Shown piece after piece: positions 12,503 through 24,089 of a DNA stretch of 64,000 nt; the first letter of the stretch is position 1, and each line of letters opens with the position of its first letter. Under the pieces are notes generated by a model. It was given only the letters and a program-made list of their open reading frames with translations, had not been told where the DNA came from and made no database searches. Made by a program: the position numbers and the translations under genes. Origin of the DNA: Epiperipatus broadwayi (Eukaryota > Animalia > Onychophora); the NCBI GenBank assembly GCA_028023455.1, contig JAQFVV010000002.1:29078001-29142000 (forward strand). The letters are read 5' to 3'.

Positions 12503-14686
12503 GGTTAATGAAATTTTGAACAAGTAGAAAAATTATTTTGATATCTTTTGAACAATAATACATGAATGGAGTCATTTAAAGATATAGTTCAAACAAAAAC
12601 TCTAGCTTAGTGAAGTCCCATGAGCTTTTTTTGATTCCAAAACTAGAATCATGGTCTGAGGAAGATGCTTGAAAAGGTTCAAATATGGATGATCATATTT
12701 TAATTCAAATTCATAGATCATTTTTAAGAGTTATATATATGGTTCATATTACTGTTCTTGCTTATCTTAAAAGTTATCTTTCTCATTCCCATTAATTACA
12801 CTCCAAAAGTAGAAAAGACTTGCAAAGTTGTTAAATGATTAATAGTTGTTTATGAGAACAAGTAGGTTAAAAATATTTGTTGGATAATATGCTTTCAGAT
12901 ACAGGTGTTGCAGTGATTTAGGGTGGTTTTAGAGTATCAAGGAATAGTAGAGACATCGGGTTTTGTTGTCAGAAAATGTAAGAAAAAATTGCAGGAGCCA
13001 AATTATGATTTATGTATTAATTTTATGGATTTGGTCAAGTAAAATGACTCGGTTTTGGAACCATGTCATTAGCAAGATTTGAAATTAAGCGGTGACTGGT
13101 AAAGTTGTTTATGTATATTAAGAAGTTCTTACATGATTCATTAAGAACACCCAATATTATATGCAAGACATTTGAAAACATCTGATACTAAATAACTGTG
13201 TGCAATATCTTCAAAATTGTTTATACCTTTTGACAATGATATTTGGAATACTTATAGGTTGCTTCATAAAGAGTTATGGTTTAGGTTGGTAGATAAATTT
13301 CAATTTGAAATAACTAAAAGCACAATAAGAAATTCATCATATTGGTTTCTGGATTTACAGTATGATATGATTGGTGTATTTTTTTAATTCAAAAGCTAAT
13401 CTGCAAAAGGATTTAATCGGTTGCATGCAACCATTATGGATATTTGATTAGTAATTAGTATACATATATGTGAAGTTCGTTATCAGCCAATATTGAAAGA
13501 AACTCCTGAATAATTCCATATTGTTTCTCACTTTAAGAATATAAATGGATTTAAATACCTTGGTAATTATTAAAAGTAGACCAATAACTCGATGCTAAAA
13601 TTTTAGCACAGTTTTCAATGTTTTATTGTTACATTTAACAAGTCAAAAGGAATATAAAAGAGGTATAAGTCTTACAGGGAAATTAGTTCTGTATAAGATC
13701 TTCAATTAAATCGAAACTGAAACCGGACTTCCCAAATATAGTATATTAAAGATATTCTATTTGAAGTTAATGTCTTTGCTATGCCCTGACGGTATTCTCT
13801 CAATACTAATTGGCAAGTCATCGGTAAGATTAAATAAAATTCAAATACAATTTGAAGTAACAAAATTGATTTATTAAACATCAGTACAAATATAAAAAAG
13901 AGTATAAATAAGCTTCTTTCATGTGTGTCAATTTGTACGTGAGCACACTAAATTATTATAATCCATTAACTTTATATTTTAAACAAAGAAAGTTCTCCAT
14001 CCCTTAATTCTGGTACGACTGCAATATAGACATATACGTTGCAAACCATGAACTTAAACTACGGCAATTATCTTATCAACAGTATTCACACACTCAGCTG
14101 CTCTGTAGAAGACAAAACATACGCGCCACTATTACGCTTCCTTTACACCAATACACGAAAAAGTCTTTGCGGGAGGAGGAGAGGTGTATATGAATAATTA
14201 TTTGTGATTAGCATATTTAAATTTAAGATACGCATATGTAGATTTTTTACAGTAGTATGATAATGAAATATTTTATTCGTATATTGAATACATGGTATTT
14301 ATATGATTAAATAAACTTTATTTACATTGCGTAATAATGCACGCACAAATTGTGCCTTCATAAGATTTTAAAATCACTGAAAGCAAGATTATGGAAAGAA
14401 TCAATATGTAGGATTCTACAACCTTCTAAATCTGCAGAAGCACTTGATTTAAACATGCCTAACAAAAAAGTGTGTAGAAGAAGATGAAAAATAGAATGAT
14501 AAAAAAATATTGACTTCTCAAAGATTATTGTATTATTTTTTTTTATCAAAAACAGGTTTATTCAACTATGTTTACAATAAAAGAAAAAAATTATAAAATA
14601 ACATTAAATTTGGCAATACATTTATAAACCATTAAATTACTTAATGTCCAATATTAATAAGATTCCATGTGGAATTTACTAAACAT

Positions 14687-14763
14687 CACAAGCCTTCTGG
14701 CATCCATTGATTGCTCTTGTTAGCACAAGATGGCACTACTGTATGGAGAGTTTTGCTTTGTTT
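14687..14763 (+). repeat. Fragment of HHR family A unit (post-cleavage region, no ribozyme core)
   Basis: CACAAGCCTTCTGGCATCCATTGATTGCTCTTGTTAGCACAAGATGGCACTACTGTATGGAGAGTTTTGCTTTGTTT aligns with the corresponding part of the 456-bp unit (about 22854-22928). Confidence 0.85.
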
Positions 14764-16040
14764 TGGAATTTACTATTAGGTGAGGAGCTAACTTCAAATC
14801 TCTTTCTTTGATATCTTTTAATTTTTGTAAAAAAATTAATGTTGGATCATGCATAACTGACTTGAAGATTAGGAAGCATCTGACAAACCATAGACAGAAA
14901 CTGATGAAAGTTGCACTTCTTATAATTGCAAAATCCCCATAAGCAAAACCTTCTATGAGTGTCTTGATAATTGGATGTTTTGGTGTATAAATTTGATTAA
15001 TCAATATTCTACAGCCCTGAAGAGAGGAACAATCATTGAAAATGTGAATTATGGTATCATCCTCCCTACGGCAGAGTGAGCAAACAGGGTCCAAAGATGA
15101 AAAACCTTTATACATCACAAGAAAGTGGCTTGTTGGAAGGGCATTGAGATTTAGCTTTAGAAGAAAGTCCTAATATTTTGGCTCTAGATTACATTTTTTA
15201 TATTTCTTTATAATGATAAAGTTTGTACAGGTGCGAAAGCTATGACCTGGAATAATTGTTAAAAAAAAAAAAGATAGGCATCCCAATAACGAAGTTTCGT
15301 TGGTTTTATTTGAGTTAAAGGTGTGAGAATTTTTGCAATGTCAATTAAGACTTGTGTCAGCCAACCATCATTAATTGGAGGTGGATTATCTGTAGGATGA
15401 ATAGATAAAAAGGTGAGTCATCAGGAAAAATCCCATTAAGTCTTGTAATGAGGTTATTTGATTTCTGTAGACAAAGAACCTGAAGTGAATGCAGTGACAA
15501 GCCATTAAGTCTTGTTGGTCTCTGCACTCTTCTTAAGCTAATAGCAAGTTTTACCCTTCCACATTAATCTAGAGCAAAGAGGGTTTATATTCTGGATAAA
15601 TTTTGATGAGAATTTAATGAACGGCATGTAGTAAGCAATTCTGGGGAATAGTAACATGTTGAAAAGAGCTGCTTTTTCAAATAATGATGTATAAACTTTT
15701 GAAAGTGAATCAATTATTTTTCTTGCAGAATTCATGACAGTGTCTTGTATTAATTTCCTCATTGCTGCGTGAGAGAGACTCATTGGTAAGCCCAAAAAGT
15801 TTTGTGGCATAGCTGTGAAAAAGGATGGAAATGGATTTTCCAGATGAAAGTCTCCATACAGCAGATTTTCTAAGGTTAAATGCAAGACCTGACTCTATGG
15901 TTTAATTGTCCATAATTTGAATTAGTTTCGGTATGAACTTTCTAGATGGTAAGAACACTGCCACATCATTCATGTAGGATATGTGTTGAATGGATTTATT
16001 CATACCAGGAATGTACAATCCAGGAAGATTCATCTCTAAA
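14760..16040 (-). mobile_element. L1/Tx1-clade LINE ORF2 3' fragment (RT thumb region plus zf-RVT), degraded
   Basis: ORF 15538..15885 (FLGLPMSL...KAALFNMLLFPRIAYYMPFIKFSSKFIQNINPLCSRLMWKGK), then QRPTRLNGLSL (GGL-type motif), then ORF 14720..15118 with DPVCSLCRREDDTIIHIFNDC (CxxC-x8-H-x4-C). Confidence 0.8.
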
Positions 16041-17589
16041 GATTATTGTATTATTGAACATTTGTTTTAACGAAAATTGAAATTTTGTAAAAAAAAAAAA
16101 AAAAAAAAAACACAAAAGAAAAAATCGACGGTTTAAATTATTCATTAACTTCTACAATTTAAACATTACCTTATCCAATAATTGTTATTTTGTAATAACG
16201 TAAATCTTAAAAGCAACAAGACGAATAGCTTTTCTGTCTCTCTTTAGAGTCATGAAAATATTTATATATTACAACTGAGAATATAAAATGCATGTGTTTG
16301 TGTCTCGCGAGCTGCAGATTATCGATTCCGTGTATTGTATTATTATAAATTCATGTCAATTTTTTAGGCCTGAGAAAGGAAAGAACTGTAATAAACTTAC
16401 TAAAAAAATATTTTATTTTCAGTTGAAACATAAATTTCATGTGAGTGGCAGAATTATAATATATGTTATGAAGATGATCTGAACGACAACTTACTGAAAT
16501 GCAATATTCTTTACTATTATTCGAATAGATGATTGATAATACAATAATGGATGTTTCCAATTAAGTAAAGTTTTGAAATACTTAAAGTATATTTCGCTTC
16601 AGAATTATTTTATGCATTTACATTATATTTACAAAGGACACATTCCAGAGGCAACAGTTGTTGTGGTATAGCCCCTAAATATAAGATGAACTACGGCAGA
16701 AGGAAATTCATACGCTTTTATAGATTTTTAGCACTTCTAGCTGTTCTGTAACAGTTTGCTTTGTGAGTAGGCCTGGTGACACTTTCAGCTGTATATGACA
16801 GCTTGCCTGGTGTCGGTGTTTGTCTTTCAGCTCCGTGACCGAAGTTCTCTGAGCCTATTTCAAAAAGCGTGACTATTTATTGCCAGATTTCCATCCTTAA
16901 TTGAAAAACATTTGGATTCAGTGAACATCATCACGTATTGACCCATTCTTGCCATTGGCTATGTGATATGTATTTGTACATGCATTAGTTCGAGATGGAG
17001 AATGTTCAATCCAATGAAGATAAGACATGATCTACAGTAGTTCATTATTGAAAGACAAGATGAAATGTAAGAAATCCCAATGAAAGTTATCAAATATATA
17101 TATTTAAAAAATGCTATGCGGACTTATTTATTGTATTATTACTTAAACCACATCTCTGATATTTTATTCCTCTTTCTCTCTCTCTCTCTGTGTATGTGTG
17201 TGTGGAATTAGAATTGCTATCCTTGTGTACAATAGTTTGTTGTTGGTAATACTTAAACTTCAAAAATAGATAAGTGATTAAAAATAATAATAATAATAAT
17301 AATCTGTTTATTGACAAAATTATGTCTATTAATAACATTTAAATGTGTTTTTCTTTTTATTATACTTGCATACATATCATTCTTTAATAAAACGTCTTGC
17401 TACAACGAAAGTGTATTTTGTATATATATATATTTTAAATAAATTCCAATAAAGTATTAACAACTTAAAAATAAATAATTATAAAAAACAAACATTTATT
17501 CAAGATAATATATATAATTTTATTGATAATAATAAATAGTGACTTTCTATTTTGACGTCACAGCTGTATTTTTACTTAGATTCAAGCAG

Positions 17590-18470
17590 CAATATTTTTC
17601 AGCTTCTAGAAACTTTTAATAAAGAAGTTTTTTGAAAATGAGTCTTTACTCCAGTCTCTTGGATTGTTTGCCAGTTGTGTTTATATATGTGGCTCCTGTC
17701 ATGATTGCCATTTTTCTAACTTTCCTAAGATCGTGGGAACCACCATTTTCTGAAGTAGATATGTCCGATGGCTTATTTGTTATTCCATCGAGCACGTATT
17801 TTCCATTTGATATTGATGAAGATGCCCCATTGGAGAGTATCGTAGTGCTGAAGTAAACAATATTTAACAGTGACATCAAATAGAAATTATTTCACGTTGC
17901 TACTGTTAGTACCAATTGAGATGAAATCTCTTAAAATGCCATCTGTACTTCACACCAAATTGATACCAGAAAGAATGTTAGTCTTTGTAATAAAAGGCAG
18001 ACTTCTTTTAATTAATTTTCTTTATCCTGAAATGTGACTTATTGCTCCGATTTTGACATACCTAAAAACCGGACTTGGATATTTTCCAGATTTTAGACAA
18101 ATATTTACACCATATGTTGACAAAAGTGGAACACTTTTTGTCATTACAATACCAAAGAATGGATTGTTTTAAAGTAACTATATTTTATATAGTAAATATC
18201 TAAAGGTCGAGATGCTTAAAAGTTCTATTTATTTGGATCTCGTCTAAATTCTTACATTGTCTAAAGAAGTAATCACTCAAATCGTTCTTTATGAAATCCT
18301 AGAATTTCCACTGAAGTAATTAAAGTATGCTTTCTGTGATGAAGATTCCTATAGATTCCGGCTGGTGCAGAAGATTTATAAATCTTGATTTCTTGAAAAG
18401 AAAAATGAATAGATTTAATACACTGAGGTACCCATTTTATGATGTTTTGATTCGAAGACAAACAATTTAT
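17590..18470 (-). pseudogene. Probable degraded DIRS/Ngaro-type tyrosine recombinase
   Basis: Minus-strand pieces fall in the expected order: QEIKIYKSSA...KHTLITSVEILGFHKER (like the SAM-like N-terminal YxSA...HPL+..++KG+...RP), PFITKTN, GILRDFISIGT...FLF, SHDLRKV (HxxR catalytic motif at 17721-17735), and IFKKLLY. Interrupted by stops and frameshifts. Confidence 0.45.
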
Positions 18471-19000
18471 ATTACAATAGAACGATAATAAGTTAATATC
18501 ATCATCTCGTGATAATAGATTTTCACTTAGCTATCAATCAATCAATATGTTACCATGGTTACTCAAATGTTTGTTATTTCAGCCACAAGATGGAGTTTTC
18601 ATTCTAAATAGATATTTTAAAAAGTGGAATCCATTTTCAAATCATTTTTATATTTTTTATCTAATAAAAAATTTACGTATTGATTTTGTGTTGTCTTTAT
18701 TTGCGATTAATAACAATTTTACATTCAATATATATATATGTATTTTGATTTTAGGCACACACATGTATACGTACACGTGTACTAATTTTATGCACACACG
18801 CAAATGTTTTTTAAATAAATTTTCACCGACATGCTTACAAATTTATGTAGGTGGGGGGAGGGGTTTTTTTTTTTTTACATTTATTTAAAACTTCTATTTT
18901 ACCATACATTCTTAAAAATTAAACATCAAATGACCACCATTTCTTATGCCTCCACAATCTCCTAAAACAGAAGTGTCCCTCCCTTCAGTGTAAATTAGAT

Positions 19001-19077
19001 ACTAGTTTGGAAATATTTGATGAATAAACCGCAGAGAGGTATTTTATGCTCAAACCTTCTTGCATCCATTGATAACT
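19001..19077 (+). repeat. Highly decayed HHR family A fragment
   Basis: ACTAGTTTGGAAATATTTGATGAATA...TTATGCTCAAACCTTCTTGCATCCATTGATAACT resembles ACTAGTCTGGGGATATTGGATGAGTA...ATATGCACAAGCCTTCTGGCATCCATTGATTACT. The core is lost. Confidence 0.65.
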
Positions 19078-19512
19078 ATAGCGTGCACAGAAGAAAACAG
19101 TTATAGTTTGCTGTGGCTGCGAGATTCCTTACTCCGATAAAGAAGCCACGGTTCATCACATGACATCTACATGCTGTTTTATTCTTAAAATGTAGAAATG
19201 GATATAAATGACAAAATATATTATTCCTAAAATGGATAAAGTTTATTTTAGATGAAGACCTTAATGATTGTTACTAATTCTTTATTAGGTTAAAGATTAG
19301 AACATATATCATTCCTAAATTTTAACATATCAATTTTTAATTGATTAACAATTCTAAAGCAATATGTGATGCGAAGAGCCTCAAATTCTCCCCATCTCCT
19401 AGTTGTTATTTGGTAAATGTTTGTATCCAGATATTGTTATCTATTTCCATTACTATTTCTTGTTTAATATACTGTACACACACACACTACCTGCACATAT
19501 AATGTAATACAT

Positions 19513-19643
19513 AAAAGATTCGAACTCAGACTTTCACACGACCCTCAACTCTCCAAGCCATCTCATATTGTCGATACGGCTGATCGTCATATGAGATGCC
19601 TTCGAAAGCTGAGAGTCATGTGAAAGTCTGAATTCAAATTTTT
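19513..19643. repeat. ~130-bp imperfect hairpin element (MITE-like)
   Basis: GAACTCAGACTTTCACACGACCCTCAAC pairs with GCTGAGAGTCATGTGAAAGTCTGAATTC. Inner CATCTCATAT pairs with ATATGAGATG. Confidence 0.7.
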
Positions 19644-20481
19644 TATATATTTTTTGTTTACTAAAATAATGTTAGTCTTATAACTTTAATTTAAAATTTA
19701 CATCTGGTATAGGTATGATATTACAATCACTATTCGAAATGAAAAATGTCAAGGCTGTGAATGCAAGAAATTAGATTAAATAGTAGTAATATATATGTGT
19801 GTTGCGTTGACCTAAATCAATCTCACGGCAGATAATAAGAGTATATTAATTTAATCAAGGAAATAGTAAGAAGTTAATTAAATAATGAAGCATAGAACAA
19901 ATATGGCAATATTCTTTCATTCAATAGAAGATAGTAATAAATAGAGACAAAAGTGAAGAAATAAATAGTTTTAATTCATCCTCGGTATATATAAATGATA
20001 TATGAACCTCTACCAATTTTCAAATGCTCTAACTAAGGAAAAGGATATGCATCAGAACACATACACTTTGAAGAAGTTTAAATAGTTGAATGTTGAATAA
20101 AATGAAAAAAGTATTGTCATTTATTATAAATACAAGTTTATGATAGCTTGAATGTAGATGAAATTAATGCGCAAGTACGGAAACTCCAGGTAGCTCTACT
20201 TAAACTAACCGTCTGAAAACGTAAGTATGGAATGAGATCATCTATACTTTAGCTTTGACCGCATACCATTCACTGACAGTTAATATACATACAGCCCACT
20301 GGAGTTTTTCAGTATTTCTGCCTTATTTAAATCAACCATTGCACGCTGCACAAAAAATTAAATTAAAAAAAATCTATCAATCTTATTGAAAGTAGGGAAG
20401 GGAATAAATCTTATGATCACTCATGGCGTCAAGCTGTAGAAATATTCAATGATCACCAATCTTTATACTTAAATAATCTGT

Positions 20482-20859
20482 TTTTCACAGAGGCAAAATT
20501 CTCCATAGAGTTGCACCACTCAGTGCAAGCCACAGTAATCAATGGATGCAAGAAGCTTTGTGAATGCAATTCCTATCTAGTGCCAGCTCATTAAATATCC
20601 CCAGATTAGTTTCTAGCTTGTGACTTTTATCAATGAGGAGCCTTGAAGGTGAATAGAATCCCCTAGCTAGTGCCTACTCATCTAATATCCTCAAACTAGG
20701 ATCCTCACTGATGAAAGCCACAAGCTAGAAACCAGTCTGGAAATATTGAATGAGTTGGCATCAGATAGAGAATTTATGCACAAACCTTCATGCATCCAGT
20801 GATTACTCTGGCATGCACTGAGTGTCATGACACTAGGGAGACTTTTGCCTCTGTGAAAA
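20482..20859. mobile_element. Inverted (divergent) pair of HHR family A fragments
   Basis: Termini TTTTCACAGAGGCAAAA and TTTTGCCTCTGTGAAAA. HHR on + at 20702-20743, decayed HHR on - at about 20595-20640, and an extra minus-strand post-cleavage piece at 20651-20700. Confidence 0.8.
20702..20743 (+). ncRNA. Type I hammerhead ribozyme, family A (weakened copy)
   Basis: UCCUCA-CUGAUGA-A AGC CACAA GCU A-GAAA-C CA G UC-UGGAAA. The core is intact. Stem II AGC/GCU covaries with GGC/GCC of the array copies. Stem I has two mismatches. Confidence 0.65.
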
Positions 20860-21855
20860 TATTGTTGGTCAATCTAAACTGTGTATCTTAAATATATAGT
20901 ATTAATGGAGTTGGATTCTGTGTTAATTGTAATATACAGTAACAAATTTGCCAGAATGTGTTACAAAATATATTAAAAGCTTTTAATTTCTTGTTTAGCT
21001 TCACTTCTTGAGGATTTTTAATCAATTTCTAATTAATTCTGGTCTCGAAAAACAATAAATAAGAACAAAAATGAATTTGTTACTTATAAACGAACAGGAT
21101 CTGCCTGAAAACATAATAAAACTTACTATATAACATTCTCTTAGTATATGTTGATCAGTCGTTTCTTATGTCTGATCAAATGAAGGTATGATTTGGTAAT
21201 AGTGGATTATATAATCTCAAATTCACCAAATTGAAGAATATATTGATTGGTTTTATAATGTTCTCATTATATTTTAAAAAATTTTAACTACATTTTTAAA
21301 AAAATTCCTAATGCCTTTGTATTGTGTCAATAAAATGTCCTAGTTTTACATCCATACAATAAGTAATATAACTGTTTTATATGCATGTAACTTAATTGCA
21401 GTGGTTATATTCCTGTAATAAAATAATCTGCGCTGTACTTCAGTTCACCTTTATAATTACATAACTATCAAAGTATTAAATTTATTTATTTTTTGAAATC
21501 TTTTTGCTATTCATAAGCATTTACCATATTACTTTGATAATCAGAGCAAAACTCTCCATACAGTATTGCCACCTGTGCTAATATAGGAAATGTGATCATG
21601 TGATGCTTAATGGTTTAATACCAATCCTTCCTAATAGGATAGTGGTGGCTATGGTTGTAAAAGAGCCAAAGACCCCAAAAGGTATGGGTGCTGAACTGAG
21701 TTCCGACCCATATGACTATATAAGCTATTGAGCTTAGATTGAAAATATTTTTTGTGTTTTCAATTTCATTCTCATAGTTTTGTAGTTAAGTAGAGATAAA
21801 AGGTGGTTGCTAGAGGGTTGCATTAGATCCTAAGATCTAGATGCAGTGCTCTCAG

Positions 21856-21914
21856 ATCCAAAGCTCCTCACTGATGAAGGCCACAAGCCAGAAACTAGTC
21901 TGGGGATATTGGAT
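21856..21914 (+). ncRNA. Type I minimal hammerhead ribozyme, family A copy 1
   Basis: AUCCAA-agc-UCCUCA CUGAUGA A GGC CACAA GCC A GAAA C UA G UC^ UGGGGA-ua-UUGGAU. Palindromic stem III ACUAGU. Predicted cut after 21900. Confidence 0.85.
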
Positions 21915-22311
21915 GAGTAGGCATTAGATAGGGATTATATGCACAAGCCTTCTGGCATCCATTGATTACTCTGTTTAGCATAGGTGGCAATACTGTATGG
22001 AGAGTTTTGCTCTGTTTATCAACAATTAATGTGCTAATATAGGAAATGTGGTCATGTGATGCTTAATGGTTTAATACCAATCCTTCCTAATAGGATAGTG
22101 GTGGCTATGGTTGTAAAAGAGCCAAAGACCCCAAAAGGTATGGGTGCTGAACTGAGTTCCGACCCATATGACTATATAAGCTATTGAGCTTAGATTGAAA
22201 ATATTTTTTGTGTTTTCAATTTCATTCTCATAGTTTTGTAGTTAAGTAGAGATAAAAGGTGGTTGCTAGAGGGTTGCATTAGATCCTAAGATCTAGATGC
22301 AGTGCTCTCAG

Positions 22312-22370
22312 ATCCAAAGCTCCTCACTGATGAAGGCCACAAGCCAGAAACTAGTCTGGGGATATTGGAT
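22312..22370 (+). ncRNA. Type I minimal hammerhead ribozyme, family A copy 2
   Basis: Identical to copy 1. Predicted cut after 22356. Confidence 0.85.
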
Positions 22371-22767
22371 GAGTAGGCATTAGATAGGGATTATATGCAC
22401 AAGCCTTCTGGCATCCATTGATTACTCTGTTTAGCATAGGTGGCAATACTGTATGGAGAGTTTTGCTCTGTTTATCAACAATTAATGTGCTAATATAGGA
22501 AATATGGTCATGTGATGCTTAATGGTTTAATACCAATCCTTCCTAATAGGATAGTGGTGGCTATGGTTGTAAAAGAGCCAAAGACCCCAAAAGGTATGGG
22601 TGCTGAACTGAGTTCCGACCCATATGACTATATAAGCTATTGAGCTTAGATTGAAAATATTTTTTGTGTTTTCAATTTCATTCTCATAGTTTTGTAGTTA
22701 AGTAGAGATAAAAGGTGGTTGCTAGAGGGTTGCATTAGATCCTAAGATCTAGATGCAGTGCTCTCAG

Positions 22768-22826
22768 ATCCAAAGCTCCTCACTGACGAAAGCCACAAGC
22801 CAGAAACTAGTCTGGGGATATTGGAT
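22768..22826 (+). ncRNA. Type I minimal hammerhead ribozyme, family A copy 3
   Basis: Core CUGACGA (change at the variable position 7). Stem II AGC/GCC has one A.C mismatch. Predicted cut after 22812. Confidence 0.75.
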
Positions 22827-24089
22827 GAGTAGGCATTAGATAGGGATTTTATGCACAAGCCTTCTGGCATCCATTGATTACTCTGTTTAGCACAGGTGGC
22901 AATACTGTATGAAGAGTTTTGCTCTGTTTATCAACAACTAATGTGCTAATATAGAAAATGTGATCATGTGATGCATATTACTTTGAATTTAAGCTGTGAT
23001 TTTAATTCAAATTTTGAAATCATAAAATTAGGGTGCAACTTAAATTCAAAGCGAATGTTTTAATATCTTCTTTCTGATCTCCCATTCCCTAACAATTAAA
23101 TCTTTGCTTTACATTCTATGCATGCACATAGTATTATGATTGTTGATAGTTTATTCAGGGGATTCCCTGTTATCACTTTTATGAATTTATCCAAATTTTT
23201 ATTGGCCATGATCACAGAAAATGGAATATTGACTCGTAAATTGAAAGATTTCGCGAATGTTAATGTTTAATAGAAATAGTGGACTTAATCAGTGAAGAAT
23301 TTATTAGCTTCATGCTCCCAAATCAAAATGGTTTAGATTTGCCTATATAATTAAGAAAAATAGGTTAGAGATAAGCGGGTCCATCTTATCTTTATAAAGT
23401 CGAATTTTGTGTTATGATTTGTAGAGGTCTCTTGCTAAAAATTAAGCACTCAAGGCGCATGTACTAAAGCTTTAGCTTTATATAAGTATTACGTGCTGAC
23501 ATTGCGCTTAATAAGAATTAATATTTATAACTTTAAACTAATAACTAATGAAATTTCAAATATTAAACAGTTTTTTTTAATAACGAAAGGAAATCATAAT
23601 AACTAATATAATAATTAAAATATTCTTATTCTACAACTTTACTTTCACGTACTCCATTTGAACAAAAACCAACCAACAACTAAAAATTCCTGTTGCTTAG
23701 TTTTTTCCATGTTCCAAAATCAACAAAGGTTTACTCTTTTTTTTCTCTTTTAAACAAAAGAAACGTGGTTAATAAAATTTAATGTCAGATATTTTCTTTC
23801 TTATTTTTGTCACGTCATGATTTAAAATCTTAAACATTCATGTTTAAATGTGTGTGTGTGTGTATATTCTACATTTACTAAAAAAATAAATTAATTCCTT
23901 TCTTTATGAATGAATGGTTATGTTTGTATATATATATATATAAGGGTGTATGTCTCCAAATATCTAAAAAATATATATTTTAAAAGTTGGCTGCCTATTT
24001 AATCTTTATACATGTTATCCCAAAACATCAGTTATTTATTATTATTTTTTTATAAGGATTGGGCATCACCTTACAATATATATATATAT

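Larger units (their letters stand above)
21538..22973 (+). mobile_element. Retrozyme-like insertion: 3.07 x 456-bp HHR-bearing tandem units with 5' inversion and 13-bp TSD
   Basis: Units start at 21574, 22030, 22486 and 22942. CATATTACTTTGA is at 21525-21537 and 22974-22986. 21534-21580 is the reverse complement of the unit segment TAGCACAGG...TTATCAA. Confidence 0.85.

Noticed and set aside
11963-12575. Four long ORFs of 177-193 aa in the track
   Set aside because: They consist of X residues from the N gap.
12840-13500. Possible decayed LINE RT on the minus strand
   Set aside because: No motif was clear enough to support a call.
17632-17856. 74-aa plus-strand ORF with a hydrophobic stretch (possible small membrane protein)
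   Set aside because: It starts at TTG, is the antisense of the YR-like frame, and has no exon or promoter support.
18188-18400. Plus-strand peptide ILTLSKE...YAFCDEDS resembling Polinton pPolB
   Set aside because: Frequent in-frame stops and only loose similarity. The minus strand fits a tyrosine recombinase in more motifs, though this is not excluded without a search.
21574-22974. CRISPR array or plain satellite interpretation of the tandem repeats
   Set aside because: The units are 456 bp with no short repeat/unique spacer pattern and the context is eukaryotic. The HHRs and TSD explain it better.
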